Shown piece after piece: positions 1-8,785 of a stretch of DNA of 64,000 bases; within the stretch, counting starts at the first letter, position 1; the number at the start of each line of letters is the position of its first letter. The notes under the pieces are model-generated. The model was not told the origin of the DNA. It saw only the letters and a program-made list of their open reading frames with translations, and did no database searches. The translations under genes and the position numbers were made by a program. Origin of the DNA: an uncultured Bacteroidales bacterium (GTDB lineage: Bacteria; Bacteroidota; Bacteroidia; Bacteroidales; UBA932); the NCBI GenBank assembly GCA_934700615.1, contig CAKUXR010000003.1, forward strand, positions 15,536-79,535, in the 5' to 3' direction.

Positions 1-108
1 CGAGCCCTGCCCGCAGTCCCAGAAACAGGTCAAGACAGACATACTCCTATCTTTTGTTCAGATTAAGAATTTGTCTATCAATTACCTTTTCTTTATTAAC
101 TGATTTTT

Positions 109-2373
109 ATGGAGAAGAAATTGACAAAAGTAGCTCTGCGCTATAGGGCATTGTTCCTCGGCATTGACCGCGAGGACATTGACATAACTTCCGAAGTCAC
201 CGTACCGGCGTCGGCATTCGTAGCTCAACTGAGAGAGAACGGATTCTGCGTGAGCGAGGAACTGCTCCACGCCCTTAACGCAGCCTCTGCAGACACCCTC
301 GCAGAGCTCACGGATTGTGTCAATGACGTGATGGGCGTCAATCTTAACTGGGCTTCTCTTGTCAAGGGGTGGAACGTCCCTACAGGGGAATCATGCGCAG
401 ACCATATAATTACTTGGATTGCAAATATTTGCGGCGGTAAAAAGTCCGGATACAATGGCACGACACTTCCGTGCGGGCACTTTATTCCTGACGGCACATT
501 TCCTCTAGAGCGCTACAACGGCTGCCCGTTCTGCGGAAGGCCGTTCAAGACTGCCGATTTTGTTTATAAAGGCCAGGGCAGCAAACTAAAAGAGCTCAGA
601 TTGTTTACCGAGGATGACATCCGGAACGTCTTCGTTTCGCTCTTGACTTCTTCGACACCTTTGGATGCGACCCAGAAAGATTCCCTCAAGTTGCTTCTAG
701 ACCACTACCCTCTCCCAGCCGACATTGTAATTCCTATGAAGGAAACTTCAATGCTTGTTGTCACGGCTTTGGTCAAACATGGAAAAGCAGATGAGGCTTG
801 CGTGCTTCTCAAAACCCCGGTTGACATCCTACGCTATCTCTGGTATGAAAAGACAGTCCACGTTCAGATCATTGAACCTAAGGCCCTTGTAGTTCATGCC
901 ATGAATATGTATTATCATATGTGGGGACCTCTTGACAAAGGCTTGGATGCTGCAAAAGAAATGAAGCAGAATCTGAAGCTCAAATATGACCGCAAGGTTT
1001 GTTTTCGTGTTGCCAAATGGCTGAATGCCATACCGATGACGGCAGCACAGGCAGCTGAGAACATGAATCCGAAACGCGGCATGTGGGTACGTATGATCCG
1101 TGCTCTCCGTTTAGGTGAGTATTCACGCAAACCGGGCATGGAGCATCTGGCCGAGATTCTTGATGTCTTCTACAAACAGGACTATTCTACCTGGCAAGGC
1201 CGTGTGGACAAGGCCCGTTCCGAAAATGATGCAGACAAGACCCTTGCACTGCTCAAGGAACGGCCCGGGACGTTTGCACGTTGCCTGTTCGTCACAATGC
1301 TTCGTTTCGGCAGCGACAAGACATTGGCTGCTTTCGATGAAATCGCCGACAGGCTTCCTGCGCGGCTGTTGTTGTCATTAGGCAATGCGGCCGAGACCTA
1401 TTTTGATAAAAAGGAGCCACGAGTTACGCGCCCGATCACAGGGGTAACACGCAGGATCAATGCAAACAAACTGCTAGGCCTGTACAATGACGAGGCCAGG
1501 AAAGAGATGGTCAAGAGTGTCAATGAAATCTACAAGTCTTCTATGGAACGCCGTTTCGCTTCCATGAAGACTGAAGCCAAGACCATATACATTGATCCGA
1601 CTCTTTACAATATTCCTGTAAGTGTGGGCGACCGCACATCGACTGTTCAAGACGCATCCTGCGCCTTGATGGGGACCCGTTTTCCTGTAGACGGGGAAAC
1701 TGTACGTCTGTTCCTCCAGTGGGGAAAAGGATTGCATGCCCAGCCTCTCGACATGGATTTGAGTTGCCGGATAGCATTGCCGGAGGGAAAAACGGATTAT
1801 TGCTATTTCGGGAATCTTACCTGCCATGGAGCAAAGCACTCCGGGGACATTCGGGAGATTTCGGAAATGGTCGGCACTGCTGAATACATTGACCTTTCTC
1901 TTCCTGAACTGGAGGCGGAAGGCGCCAATTATGTGACTTTCACATGCAATGCCTACTCTTACGGTGCACTCTCCCCTAACCTCGTCGTCGGCTGGATGGA
2001 TTCAGCATATCCAATGAAAATCTCTAAAACAACAGGCGTAGCATACGATCCGTCTTGTGTCCGGCACATGGTGCGGATCAGCGAGGCGAACTTGTCCAAG
2101 GGATTGGTATTCGGGGTTTTGGATATCGCAAAGCATGAGATTATCTGGCTTGAGATGCCTTTCACGTCTCAGATTGTCCACTATGCCGACAGTAAATCTA
2201 TCAAGGCACTTCTGCGCCGCTTGGAAGAAAAGATTTCAATCGGAGAACTCCTCGAATTGAAGGCCAAAGGACAAAACTTAAAATTAGCAGACTCTGCCGT
2301 CGGGGCCGACGAGGCCTACACCTACGACTGGGCATTGAATCCGGCAGAAGTAAGCCGCCTGCTGAGTGCTTGA
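109..2373 (+). CDS. Large TerD-like domain-containing protein. Residues ~1-500 are uncharacterized and carry a C-x12-C-x13-C-x2-C zinc-ribbon-like Cys cluster; the TerD-like beta-sandwich is C-terminal.
   Basis: Uninterrupted 754-aa ORF. The C-terminal ~180 aa aligns by eye to TerD/CABP1: DMDLS matches DLDAS, HSGD matches HTGDN, EYIDLSLPELEAEGANYVTF matches EQILVDLSKVPAEVTKIAFAV, and LVFGVLDIAKHEIIWLEMPF matches MVFGELYRRGAEWKF. The N-terminal part has no family I recognise. Confidence 0.55.
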   Translation: MEKKLTKVALRYRALFLGIDREDIDITSEVTVPASAFVAQLRENGFCVSEELLHALNAASADTLAELTDCVNDVMGVNLNWASLVKGWNVPTGESCADHIITWIANICGGKKSGYNGTTLPCGHFIPDGTFPLERYNGCPFCGRPFKTADFVYKGQGSKLKELRLFTEDDIRNVFVSLLTSSTPLDATQKDSLKLLLDHYPLPADIVIPMKETSMLVVTALVKHGKADEACVLLKTPVDILRYLWYEKTVHVQIIEPKALVVHAMNMYYHMWGPLDKGLDAAKEMKQNLKLKYDRKVCFRVAKWLNAIPMTAAQAAENMNPKRGMWVRMIRALRLGEYSRKPGMEHLAEILDVFYKQDYSTWQGRVDKARSENDADKTLALLKERPGTFARCLFVTMLRFGSDKTLAAFDEIADRLPARLLLSLGNAAETYFDKKEPRVTRPITGVTRRINANKLLGLYNDEARKEMVKSVNEIYKSSMERRFASMKTEAKTIYIDPTLYNIPVSVGDRTSTVQDASCALMGTRFPVDGETVRLFLQWGKGLHAQPLDMDLSCRIALPEGKTDYCYFGNLTCHGAKHSGDIREISEMVGTAEYIDLSLPELEAEGANYVTFTCNAYSYGALSPNLVVGWMDSAYPMKISKTTGVAYDPSCVRHMVRISEANLSKGLVFGVLDIAKHEIIWLEMPFTSQIVHYADSKSIKALLRRLEEKISIGELLELKAKGQNLKLADSAVGADEAYTYDWALNPAEVSRLLSA

Positions 2374-2589
2374 TGGCGCTTGCGGTACCGCTCGGAAACG
2401 CTTGCCCTCTCGTGGCGGGACGCGGCCACGGTCAAATTTATAACTCATTGATAATCAGATATCATTTAACCCCAAGCGTGGAATCGCAGCCGTTTTTTTG
2501 CCACAATTCCACGCCCCATTTCATGAAACACTGAAAATCAACGCATTGCAAAACAAAACGTGGCTGCATCACGCCAATTGAAATTTCAC

Positions 2590-2597
2590 TATATTTG
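2590..2597 (+). promoter_or_regulatory. Bacteroidetes-type -7 promoter element (TAnnTTTG = TATATTTG) upstream of the DUF1643 gene
   Basis: Exact TAnnTTTG match 24 nt upstream of the ATG at 2622. The same 12-mer ctatatttgcag recurs upstream of rnpB at 63558. Confidence 0.4.
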
Positions 2598-2621
2598 CAG
2601 AAGCACAAAACTAAAATTACA

Positions 2622-3230
2622 ATGAGTACACCTCCTATTAAAATCAATGATAGCCTTTTCTGCCTTACCAATGATTGGGAGAAAGGCAAACATCGTTATT
2701 CTCTTGAGTTATCCAAGACAGAGGATCCCAAGAACACGATTCTAGTCGTAGGGGTCAATCCTGGCGGAAGAACTGACCCTGATGAGAAACATATTGGCCG
2801 AACCATCCGTCGTGTGTGCGATTTGGTAATTGGTAAGGGAGAAGACGACCCCAAGTATGATAGCGCACTTTTTGTAAACCTCACACCGAAAATTGCGATA
2901 ACCCCATCTGGTTTAAAGGATTCCAAGGAACTACAAGTACCACCGAGGGACAATGTCGAGGAAATCAAAACCCTTATACGAAAACGAAAAGACCACATAA
3001 GCAATGTTCTTTTCTGCTTTGGCAATTCATTCAAATACGGCAAGGACAATGGTTTATTTACAAAAGTTATCGATGTCATAAAAGAGGAATTACCTCTACC
3101 AGAATCAAAGTATTGGTGTCTGGGGATAAGCAACAAGGGATATCCTATTCATCCTCTTGCGCATATAAAAGATATGAGACTGAGGGAATGTTCAATCAAT
3201 CAGGATTTTACGTTTTCCATGAAAGATTAA
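2622..3230 (+). CDS. DUF1643 family protein
   Basis: VVGVNPGGRTDPDEKHIGRTIRRVCDLV ... DDPKYDSALFVNLTP matches the characteristic DUF1643 N-terminal motif (LNPSTAD ... DPTIRR ... VNLF). The ORF track extends to a TTG at 2595, but the ATG at 2622 with a -7 box 24 nt upstream is the more plausible start. The region is AT-rich. Confidence 0.6.
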   Translation: MSTPPIKINDSLFCLTNDWEKGKHRYSLELSKTEDPKNTILVVGVNPGGRTDPDEKHIGRTIRRVCDLVIGKGEDDPKYDSALFVNLTPKIAITPSGLKDSKELQVPPRDNVEEIKTLIRKRKDHISNVLFCFGNSFKYGKDNGLFTKVIDVIKEELPLPESKYWCLGISNKGYPIHPLAHIKDMRLRECSINQDFTFSMKD

Positions 3231-3246
3231 AGTAGTATTCAAGGAG

Positions 3247-3471
3247 TTAAATCGGATTGACGTCGTTTATCCAGTTCTGATATGCCAAAGTTTCCTCCTT
3301 GGTTATTCCATGATCCTCAGCGTAAGCGTCATTGAACTCGAGTCTCTCACCGCTTCGTTGTTGGTCATACTTGAGCAAAATTTCCATCAATGTAACTTTT
3401 TGGCCATCCTCAACCCTGTTATAAGGGTTGTCAAGGATGGACTTTGCAAAATCATTGTTCATAGTCTGCAT
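3247..3471 (-). CDS. Hypothetical small protein (74 aa) immediately downstream of the HD gene, overlapping it by 20 nt
   Basis: ORF tightly packed with the upstream HD gene on the same strand; no recognisable domain. Confidence 0.35.
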   Translation of the reverse strand: MQTMNNDFAKSILDNPYNRVEDGQKVTLMEILLKYDQQRSGERLEFNDAYAEDHGITKEETLAYQNWINDVNPI

Positions 3472-3925
3472 TTTTAATCATTTCCAATGCCTTCTCGTGC
3501 TTGGCGTTAATGCATTCAAGCTCTTTGATCTTGGCCGCGTCATTTGATGCGACGGCTGCTTCATAAGACACTTTTCCCCGCTGCAGATTGTGGTGAAGGT
3601 CATTGAGTTTGACATGGATTGCGGTGACATTGCCGGAAGCGATGATATTTTCCACGTACTCGAAATATCCAACTTTTTCCTTGTCATGAGACAAAAGCGC
3701 CAATGCTGCAATCACCTCATCTTCAACACCTTTGTTTTTCAAATCCTCAAGCGTCATCGAGGAATCCTCCACAACGTCATGAAGGAACCCAGCCTTGATC
3801 TCAGCATCAGAGTTCCCCATAAGTCCGACTGCAAGCGGATGCAGAATCGCAGGATTACCATCCAGGTCTTTCTGTCCAGCGTGCGCTTCAAGCGCAATTT
3901 TTAATGTTTCTTCAATTCTTGTCAT
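3452..3925 (-). CDS. HD-domain protein, small-alarmone-hydrolase-like ((p)ppGpp pyrophosphohydrolase RelA/SpoT hydrolase-domain fold)
   Basis: AHAGQKD-DGNPAILHPLAVG ... FLHDVVEDS ... motifs typical of the SpoT/Mesh1-type HD domain. About 55% identical to the N-terminal half of the HD-MsrA fusion at 32159-33097. The start at 3925 (MTRIEETLKIALEAHAGQ) is preferred by alignment to that paralog; the ORF could start at 3949. Confidence 0.7.
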   Translation of the reverse strand: MTRIEETLKIALEAHAGQKDLDGNPAILHPLAVGLMGNSDAEIKAGFLHDVVEDSSMTLEDLKNKGVEDEVIAALALLSHDKEKVGYFEYVENIIASGNVTAIHVKLNDLHHNLQRGKVSYEAAVASNDAAKIKELECINAKHEKALEMIKNADYEQ

Positions 3926-4251
3926 AACAGTAACTATATGGGCCGCCATAAATGGGCTGTGCGGTCACAAAACCTATCTTGCTGCCAGCGCGCTGGCAGC
4001 CCGTAAGGTTTGTTCCCGCTGCCCGGTATGTTAATAAAATAGGAAATTAATCGAGGAGGAGAACCCTCTTTCATCTTTTGCGAATATAGCAAACTTTTAT
4101 CAAAGTACAATTTTTTTTGCAGTCAGTATCCAATAATCTTCATCGAATTCATCAGTCTGCCTCAGTCAAATTGGCTGAAAACAGAGAAAAGTCTCCAGTG
4201 ATGATTGATGTTATCAGATTAAGTCGTATCTTCGACTTAACACGTACAACA

Positions 4252-4563
4252 ATGCAAAGGTATAACTCAATGAACCGAATAGAGTGGGAGAAGACCACAG
4301 TACGGCACATGATCGAACTGTGGTGCAGAAAAAAGCATGGTGAAAAGGAACTCTGTGTGGAGTGCAGAGAATTACTGACATATGCAACGGTCAGGCTCAG
4401 CCGATGCAAGTTCGGTGAAAGAAAGACCAAATGCCATAAATGCCCTGTCCATTGCTACCGTCCAGACATGAGGGAAAAGATACGCGAGGTCATGCGGTTC
4501 AGCGGACCTCGGATGATATTCCATCACCCACTGGAAGCATTGCGCTATATACTGACAAGATAA
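4252..4563 (+). CDS. Nitrous-oxide-stimulated promoter family protein (YgbA-like Cys-rich protein)
   Basis: WCRKKHGEKELCVECRELLTYATVRLSRCKFGERKTKCHKCPVHCYRPDMREKIREVMRFSGPRM is a close match to the conserved YgbA family core. The start is uncertain (ATGs at 4117, 4201, 4252 and 4270); the family is normally about 100-115 aa. Confidence 0.65.
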   Translation: MQRYNSMNRIEWEKTTVRHMIELWCRKKHGEKELCVECRELLTYATVRLSRCKFGERKTKCHKCPVHCYRPDMREKIREVMRFSGPRMIFHHPLEALRYILTR

Positions 4564-4612
4564 CAACGTCATATCATCAGCATGATCCGCCCTTCAGCCT
4601 TAACTTATAAAT

Positions 4613-7600
4613 TTAACTCTTTTTTTTGAATTCTGACGGAGTACAGCCGAACTCTTCCTTAAATATCTGACGGAAATAGGAGAACGAGCTTATTCCGATA
4701 TTCCATGCTGTCTCAGAGACATTGAACTCGCCGGAGGAGAGCATCTCGGCGGCTTTGCGGAGCTTGATTTTACGCACATAGTCATTGGCAGAAACTCCTG
4801 TAAGGCTCTTCAGTTTGCGGTAAAGCGAAGAAACGCTGACATTCATGTAAGACGCCATATTATTGATATCCAGCGTTTCGGACGACATGTTATCCTCGAT
4901 ATAGGAAGCCAGTTTGCTCAAGAACTTGTTGTCAAGAGGTGAGAATCCTGAATTCTCTTCGACTTTCGAGGCGGTAAAATTGTTGAGCCGCTTAAGATAC
5001 TGCTGGGCAATCTGTGCACGGGAAAATATAAGATTGGCCACACGAGCCTTAATGAGTTCGCTCGTAAAAGGCTTGGTGATATATGAGTCGGCTCCCACTT
5101 TATAGCCTTCGCTCTTGTCGGAAAGAGTATCCTTGGCGGTCAGGAGCACCACAGGGATATGGCTGAGATTTATGTCTACCTTAATCTTGCGGCACATTTC
5201 CAGGCCATCCATCTTTGGCATCATGATGTCACTTATGATGATATCAGGAACTGAGTTCATGGCGACTGACAATCCCTCCTCACCATTTGAGGCCGTGAGC
5301 ACTTCGTATTTATCGGAGAGAATGGATGAAAGGTAATCCCGTATATCCGCATTGTCCTCGACGACGAGAATCCTCTGCATTGATGATGCGGCCGTATCAG
5401 GACTCACATGAATGTCAGAGGAATGCTCTTCTGAAGACATAGGAAGCAGCACCGTAAAACAACTGCCCTTGCCGCGGACACTCTCCACGTTGATAGTTCC
5501 TCCATGCTGTTTCACGAATTTCCGGACTATGGCAAGACCGATTCCTGAACCATTGATATTCTCCCTGCCCGGAACCCGGTAATAGCGGTTGAAGATCTTG
5601 TCAATCTGGTCTGAAGCTATCCCCTCTCCGGTGTCCGAAACACTGATTACGGCAAATTCCTTCCCGTTTTCGGTTTTCGTATGAAGGCTCAGTGTAACTT
5701 GCCCCCGCTTCGTATATTTGAAAGCATTGGACAACAGATTATTGAGTACGGATGTTATTATCTCCCTGTCAAAATCCATAAAGACACCATTGTCGATATC
5801 CAGAATCATTTCAAGGTTCTTGTTCGTATTGGACTCCGAGAACACTTTGCCGATATTGGACATATAAGCACCCAAATTGCCCCTCGTCGGATTAAAACGG
5901 ATGTTGTCAGTCTCGGCCATCCTGAAATTCAACAATTTATTGATAAGTTCCATCAAATTACCGGCATTCTTGTAGATAAGCGACAACTTGTGCTTTGCAC
6001 CGGGGTCAAGACTCTTGTCGGACATCATGTCTTCGGCCGGGCCTATAATCAGGGACAGCGGAGTCTTGAGTTCATGTGTAACATTGGTATAGAATCTCAG
6101 TTTCTCCTCGTTTACTTCACGAACCTGTTCTATCGCTGCCTTATCCATACGTCGGATGATTATTGCACGCGCTATCAGGAAACACAACACGCAGAAAATC
6201 AATGCATAGAGCACCAGCGCCGCAGTCGAGAACCAAATTGGAGGAGAAATCCTGACATTGACAATTGCCTCTTTCCCGAATCTGTCGCTCCATGAATATT
6301 TGCCGCGTACGCGAAGTGTATATTCACCGGGAGCCAGTTGGAGAAACGACAATGAATGACCGGACGCACGATGCCAATTCTTGTCCATCTGGTCAATTTT
6401 GTAAAAGTATTGAAGATTGTCCGCCTTGGAAAAATCATCAGCGCTGAAATTGACAGTAATATTGTTCTGCTGCCACTTCAAGTTCACCTGTTTGGAAAAA
6501 GGCATCAGGATGGTGTTCTGCTTGACCTCAGAAGGATTACTGCTGTCCTTGACAATTATCGAGGAGAGATGGACATCTGACTCTCCGTCAAAATCTATGG
6601 AAGACCTGTCCAGGAATATGATTCCGTCAGATGAGCCGAAAGCCATCAGACCATCCCTGCGGATGGATACTGCGCCAAAGGAGAAACAGCCATGCATAAA
6701 ACTCAGATCTCCGGAAAAGTCCACGGCCTTTCCGTCTCTCAGAAAACCTATGGATTTGGCCGTGGAAAACCATATGGCACCTGACTTGTCTTCGATTATA
6801 GACATTATCGCTTCCGAACTCAACCAACTGTTGTCAGCATACTGTTTCTCGTATGAGAAATCATCAAGATTAGGAAAGCAGATAAGTCCATTGTCCGTAC
6901 CGACCCAGACACGGCCCCTGCTATCTTGAAAAATGTCATTGACAGAACTTGATATGAACCCGTTCCCTTTATTGAACCGGGCCACAAGATTCAGGTCAGA
7001 GTCAAACACGTAGAGTCCGGCACGAAAAGAGCCGACCCACAATCTTCCACGATTGTCAATGCAAATTGATTTGAGATAACGGTCATCCAACTTGTCGCCC
7101 GTATAAAGCCGCCTCTCTGCTTTGAATGTCTTTTTGTCTATACTCCAAAGCCCCCACACTCCCGATGCAGCCCATATGACATCCTTTGATTCGCAGAAGT
7201 CTCTCGCCTCTCCTATTGGCATAGTTGCCCTTACTCTAAGAGTACTGTCAACAACGACCGCACCGTTATTGAACGTGCCCACCCAATATAGTCCTGACTC
7301 GTCCTTGAACATCGATATGATGTTCTTGTCAGGAATACCGGCAACCTCCCGTTTCACGAACTCAGTCTTCGAATCCAGAAGACAGAGTCCTCCGCCATCT
7401 GTACCTGACATCAAGAGTCCGCCATCAGAAAAAGCAAGTCCCCTGACCAGTTTTTCCTTGAAATCTTCCGGATGACGCACGGTAAAAATACCCGTATGGT
7501 TCAATGACTTGTAGTACAGTCCCTTTCCTGCCGAGCCAAGGTAAATATTTCCATATCTGTCTTCCGCCATCGAGCGAATTCCGATATCACTCATTTTTTC

Positions 7601-8551
7601 CGGCATAACCACCTGATGGAATCGTTTGTCTCCTCCCGCCAACTCATCCAGGTCCATAGACCAAAGCCCTCTTGTGTCCGGTGATGCCAGTATCCTGTTG
7701 TCGGATGTACGCATTATAGAAAAAATTATCCCGCTCGGCAATCCGGAAGATTCTGAATCAAAAACAGTAAAATCCTTGGTGACGGGACGGAACAAAGCCA
7801 GACCTCGACCGGTTCCGAGCCATATGTTGTTGTCCTTGTCAATGACGATGCATCCAATCCCATTGCTCGGCAGGCATCCGGGTTTCCCGGTGCGGACATA
7901 TTGTTCTGCTGTCATGGTAACAGGATTGATTACCATGAAGCCTTCCGCAAAATATCCGGCATATATTTTTCCGTCCGGTGCAAGTTCGATGCACCTGACA
8001 TTACCCTCGGCCATCCCTACGACGTTCCTGGGGCAAAATGCGGTAAATGTTCCGGTTTCCACATCATACTTTCCTACTCCTTCAGTATAAGTACCGAACC
8101 ATATATTTCCCGTGTCATCCTGACGCAGACACGTTATTTCATCAGAAAGAGGAGAGTTCGGATTGGCATTGTCATGCCGGAAAAACACGGAGTTTCCTGT
8201 ACTCAAGTCATAAAAACCGAGGCCGTCACGTTTGGTGGCAAACCAAACTCTATCATAGAACTTGTCGGCAAGTACCGCATTCAGTTCATTCCCCGAGACG
8301 GCTCCCGTCCCCCTCATGTATTTGGAAATCACCATACCGTCAAAACTGGCCATTCCGTTTTCCGTACCTATCCACAGACGACCATATTTGTCAAAGTCCA
8401 TCGAAAGAATATAGTCGCTCGGAAGTTCATCCCTGAAAGAAGTCCATGAAGTGGAGAAATAACCGGAAACCTCTCTTGCGTCAAGCGGCAGAAAGGCACA
8501 AATCAGGAATATGGCGACAACACCTGACAGAGTTGTAATTCGACGCAACAT
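4613..8551 (-). CDS. Hybrid two-component system sensor histidine kinase/response regulator with C-terminal AraC-type HTH (PUL HTCS regulator)
   Basis: 1312 aa. N-terminal signal/TM and repeated beta-propeller/Y_Y_Y periplasmic sensor, then a TM segment, HisKA (HELKTPL), HATPase, receiver domain (DIIISDIMMPKMDG), and AraC HTH at the C-terminus. Divergent from susC. Confidence 0.9.
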   Translation of the reverse strand: MLRRITTLSGVVAIFLICAFLPLDAREVSGYFSTSWTSFRDELPSDYILSMDFDKYGRLWIGTENGMASFDGMVISKYMRGTGAVSGNELNAVLADKFYDRVWFATKRDGLGFYDLSTGNSVFFRHDNANPNSPLSDEITCLRQDDTGNIWFGTYTEGVGKYDVETGTFTAFCPRNVVGMAEGNVRCIELAPDGKIYAGYFAEGFMVINPVTMTAEQYVRTGKPGCLPSNGIGCIVIDKDNNIWLGTGRGLALFRPVTKDFTVFDSESSGLPSGIIFSIMRTSDNRILASPDTRGLWSMDLDELAGGDKRFHQVVMPEKMSDIGIRSMAEDRYGNIYLGSAGKGLYYKSLNHTGIFTVRHPEDFKEKLVRGLAFSDGGLLMSGTDGGGLCLLDSKTEFVKREVAGIPDKNIISMFKDESGLYWVGTFNNGAVVVDSTLRVRATMPIGEARDFCESKDVIWAASGVWGLWSIDKKTFKAERRLYTGDKLDDRYLKSICIDNRGRLWVGSFRAGLYVFDSDLNLVARFNKGNGFISSSVNDIFQDSRGRVWVGTDNGLICFPNLDDFSYEKQYADNSWLSSEAIMSIIEDKSGAIWFSTAKSIGFLRDGKAVDFSGDLSFMHGCFSFGAVSIRRDGLMAFGSSDGIIFLDRSSIDFDGESDVHLSSIIVKDSSNPSEVKQNTILMPFSKQVNLKWQQNNITVNFSADDFSKADNLQYFYKIDQMDKNWHRASGHSLSFLQLAPGEYTLRVRGKYSWSDRFGKEAIVNVRISPPIWFSTAALVLYALIFCVLCFLIARAIIIRRMDKAAIEQVREVNEEKLRFYTNVTHELKTPLSLIIGPAEDMMSDKSLDPGAKHKLSLIYKNAGNLMELINKLLNFRMAETDNIRFNPTRGNLGAYMSNIGKVFSESNTNKNLEMILDIDNGVFMDFDREIITSVLNNLLSNAFKYTKRGQVTLSLHTKTENGKEFAVISVSDTGEGIASDQIDKIFNRYYRVPGRENINGSGIGLAIVRKFVKQHGGTINVESVRGKGSCFTVLLPMSSEEHSSDIHVSPDTAASSMQRILVVEDNADIRDYLSSILSDKYEVLTASNGEEGLSVAMNSVPDIIISDIMMPKMDGLEMCRKIKVDINLSHIPVVLLTAKDTLSDKSEGYKVGADSYITKPFTSELIKARVANLIFSRAQIAQQYLKRLNNFTASKVEENSGFSPLDNKFLSKLASYIEDNMSSETLDINNMASYMNVSVSSLYRKLKSLTGVSANDYVRKIKLRKAAEMLSSGEFNVSETAWNIGISSFSYFRQIFKEEFGCTPSEFKKKS

Positions 8552-8785
8552 AATGAGAAACTTTTTCTTTTCAAAGATAGAAAAACTTTGACAATGAGGG
8601 ACTGGCGATTTTCAGGCATACCGTCGCTATTCGTTCAAAAAGCGTTCTGAATATGTCAAAAGCAAAATATCGCCGTTTTTGAACAAAATACGACCATTTT
8701 TAAATATATAAAACGTTAATATCGCATTCGAAAGCCGCAAACCAGCGACCCGATAATTTACAAATAACATTAAAACAACCGCAAA

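Noticed and set aside
2595-2621. TTG-initiated N-terminal extension of the DUF1643 ORF (MQKHKTKIT..)
   Set aside because: The -7 promoter box at 2590-2597 lies within or just upstream of this extension. The ATG at 2622 is the more plausible start.
4914-8449. Multiple 60-200-aa ORFs antisense to the HTCS gene, with similar antisense ORFs inside susC, GH2, the NPCBM gene and others
   Set aside because: They are embedded in long, well-supported genes on the opposite strand and have no domain content. These are typical spurious six-frame ORFs.
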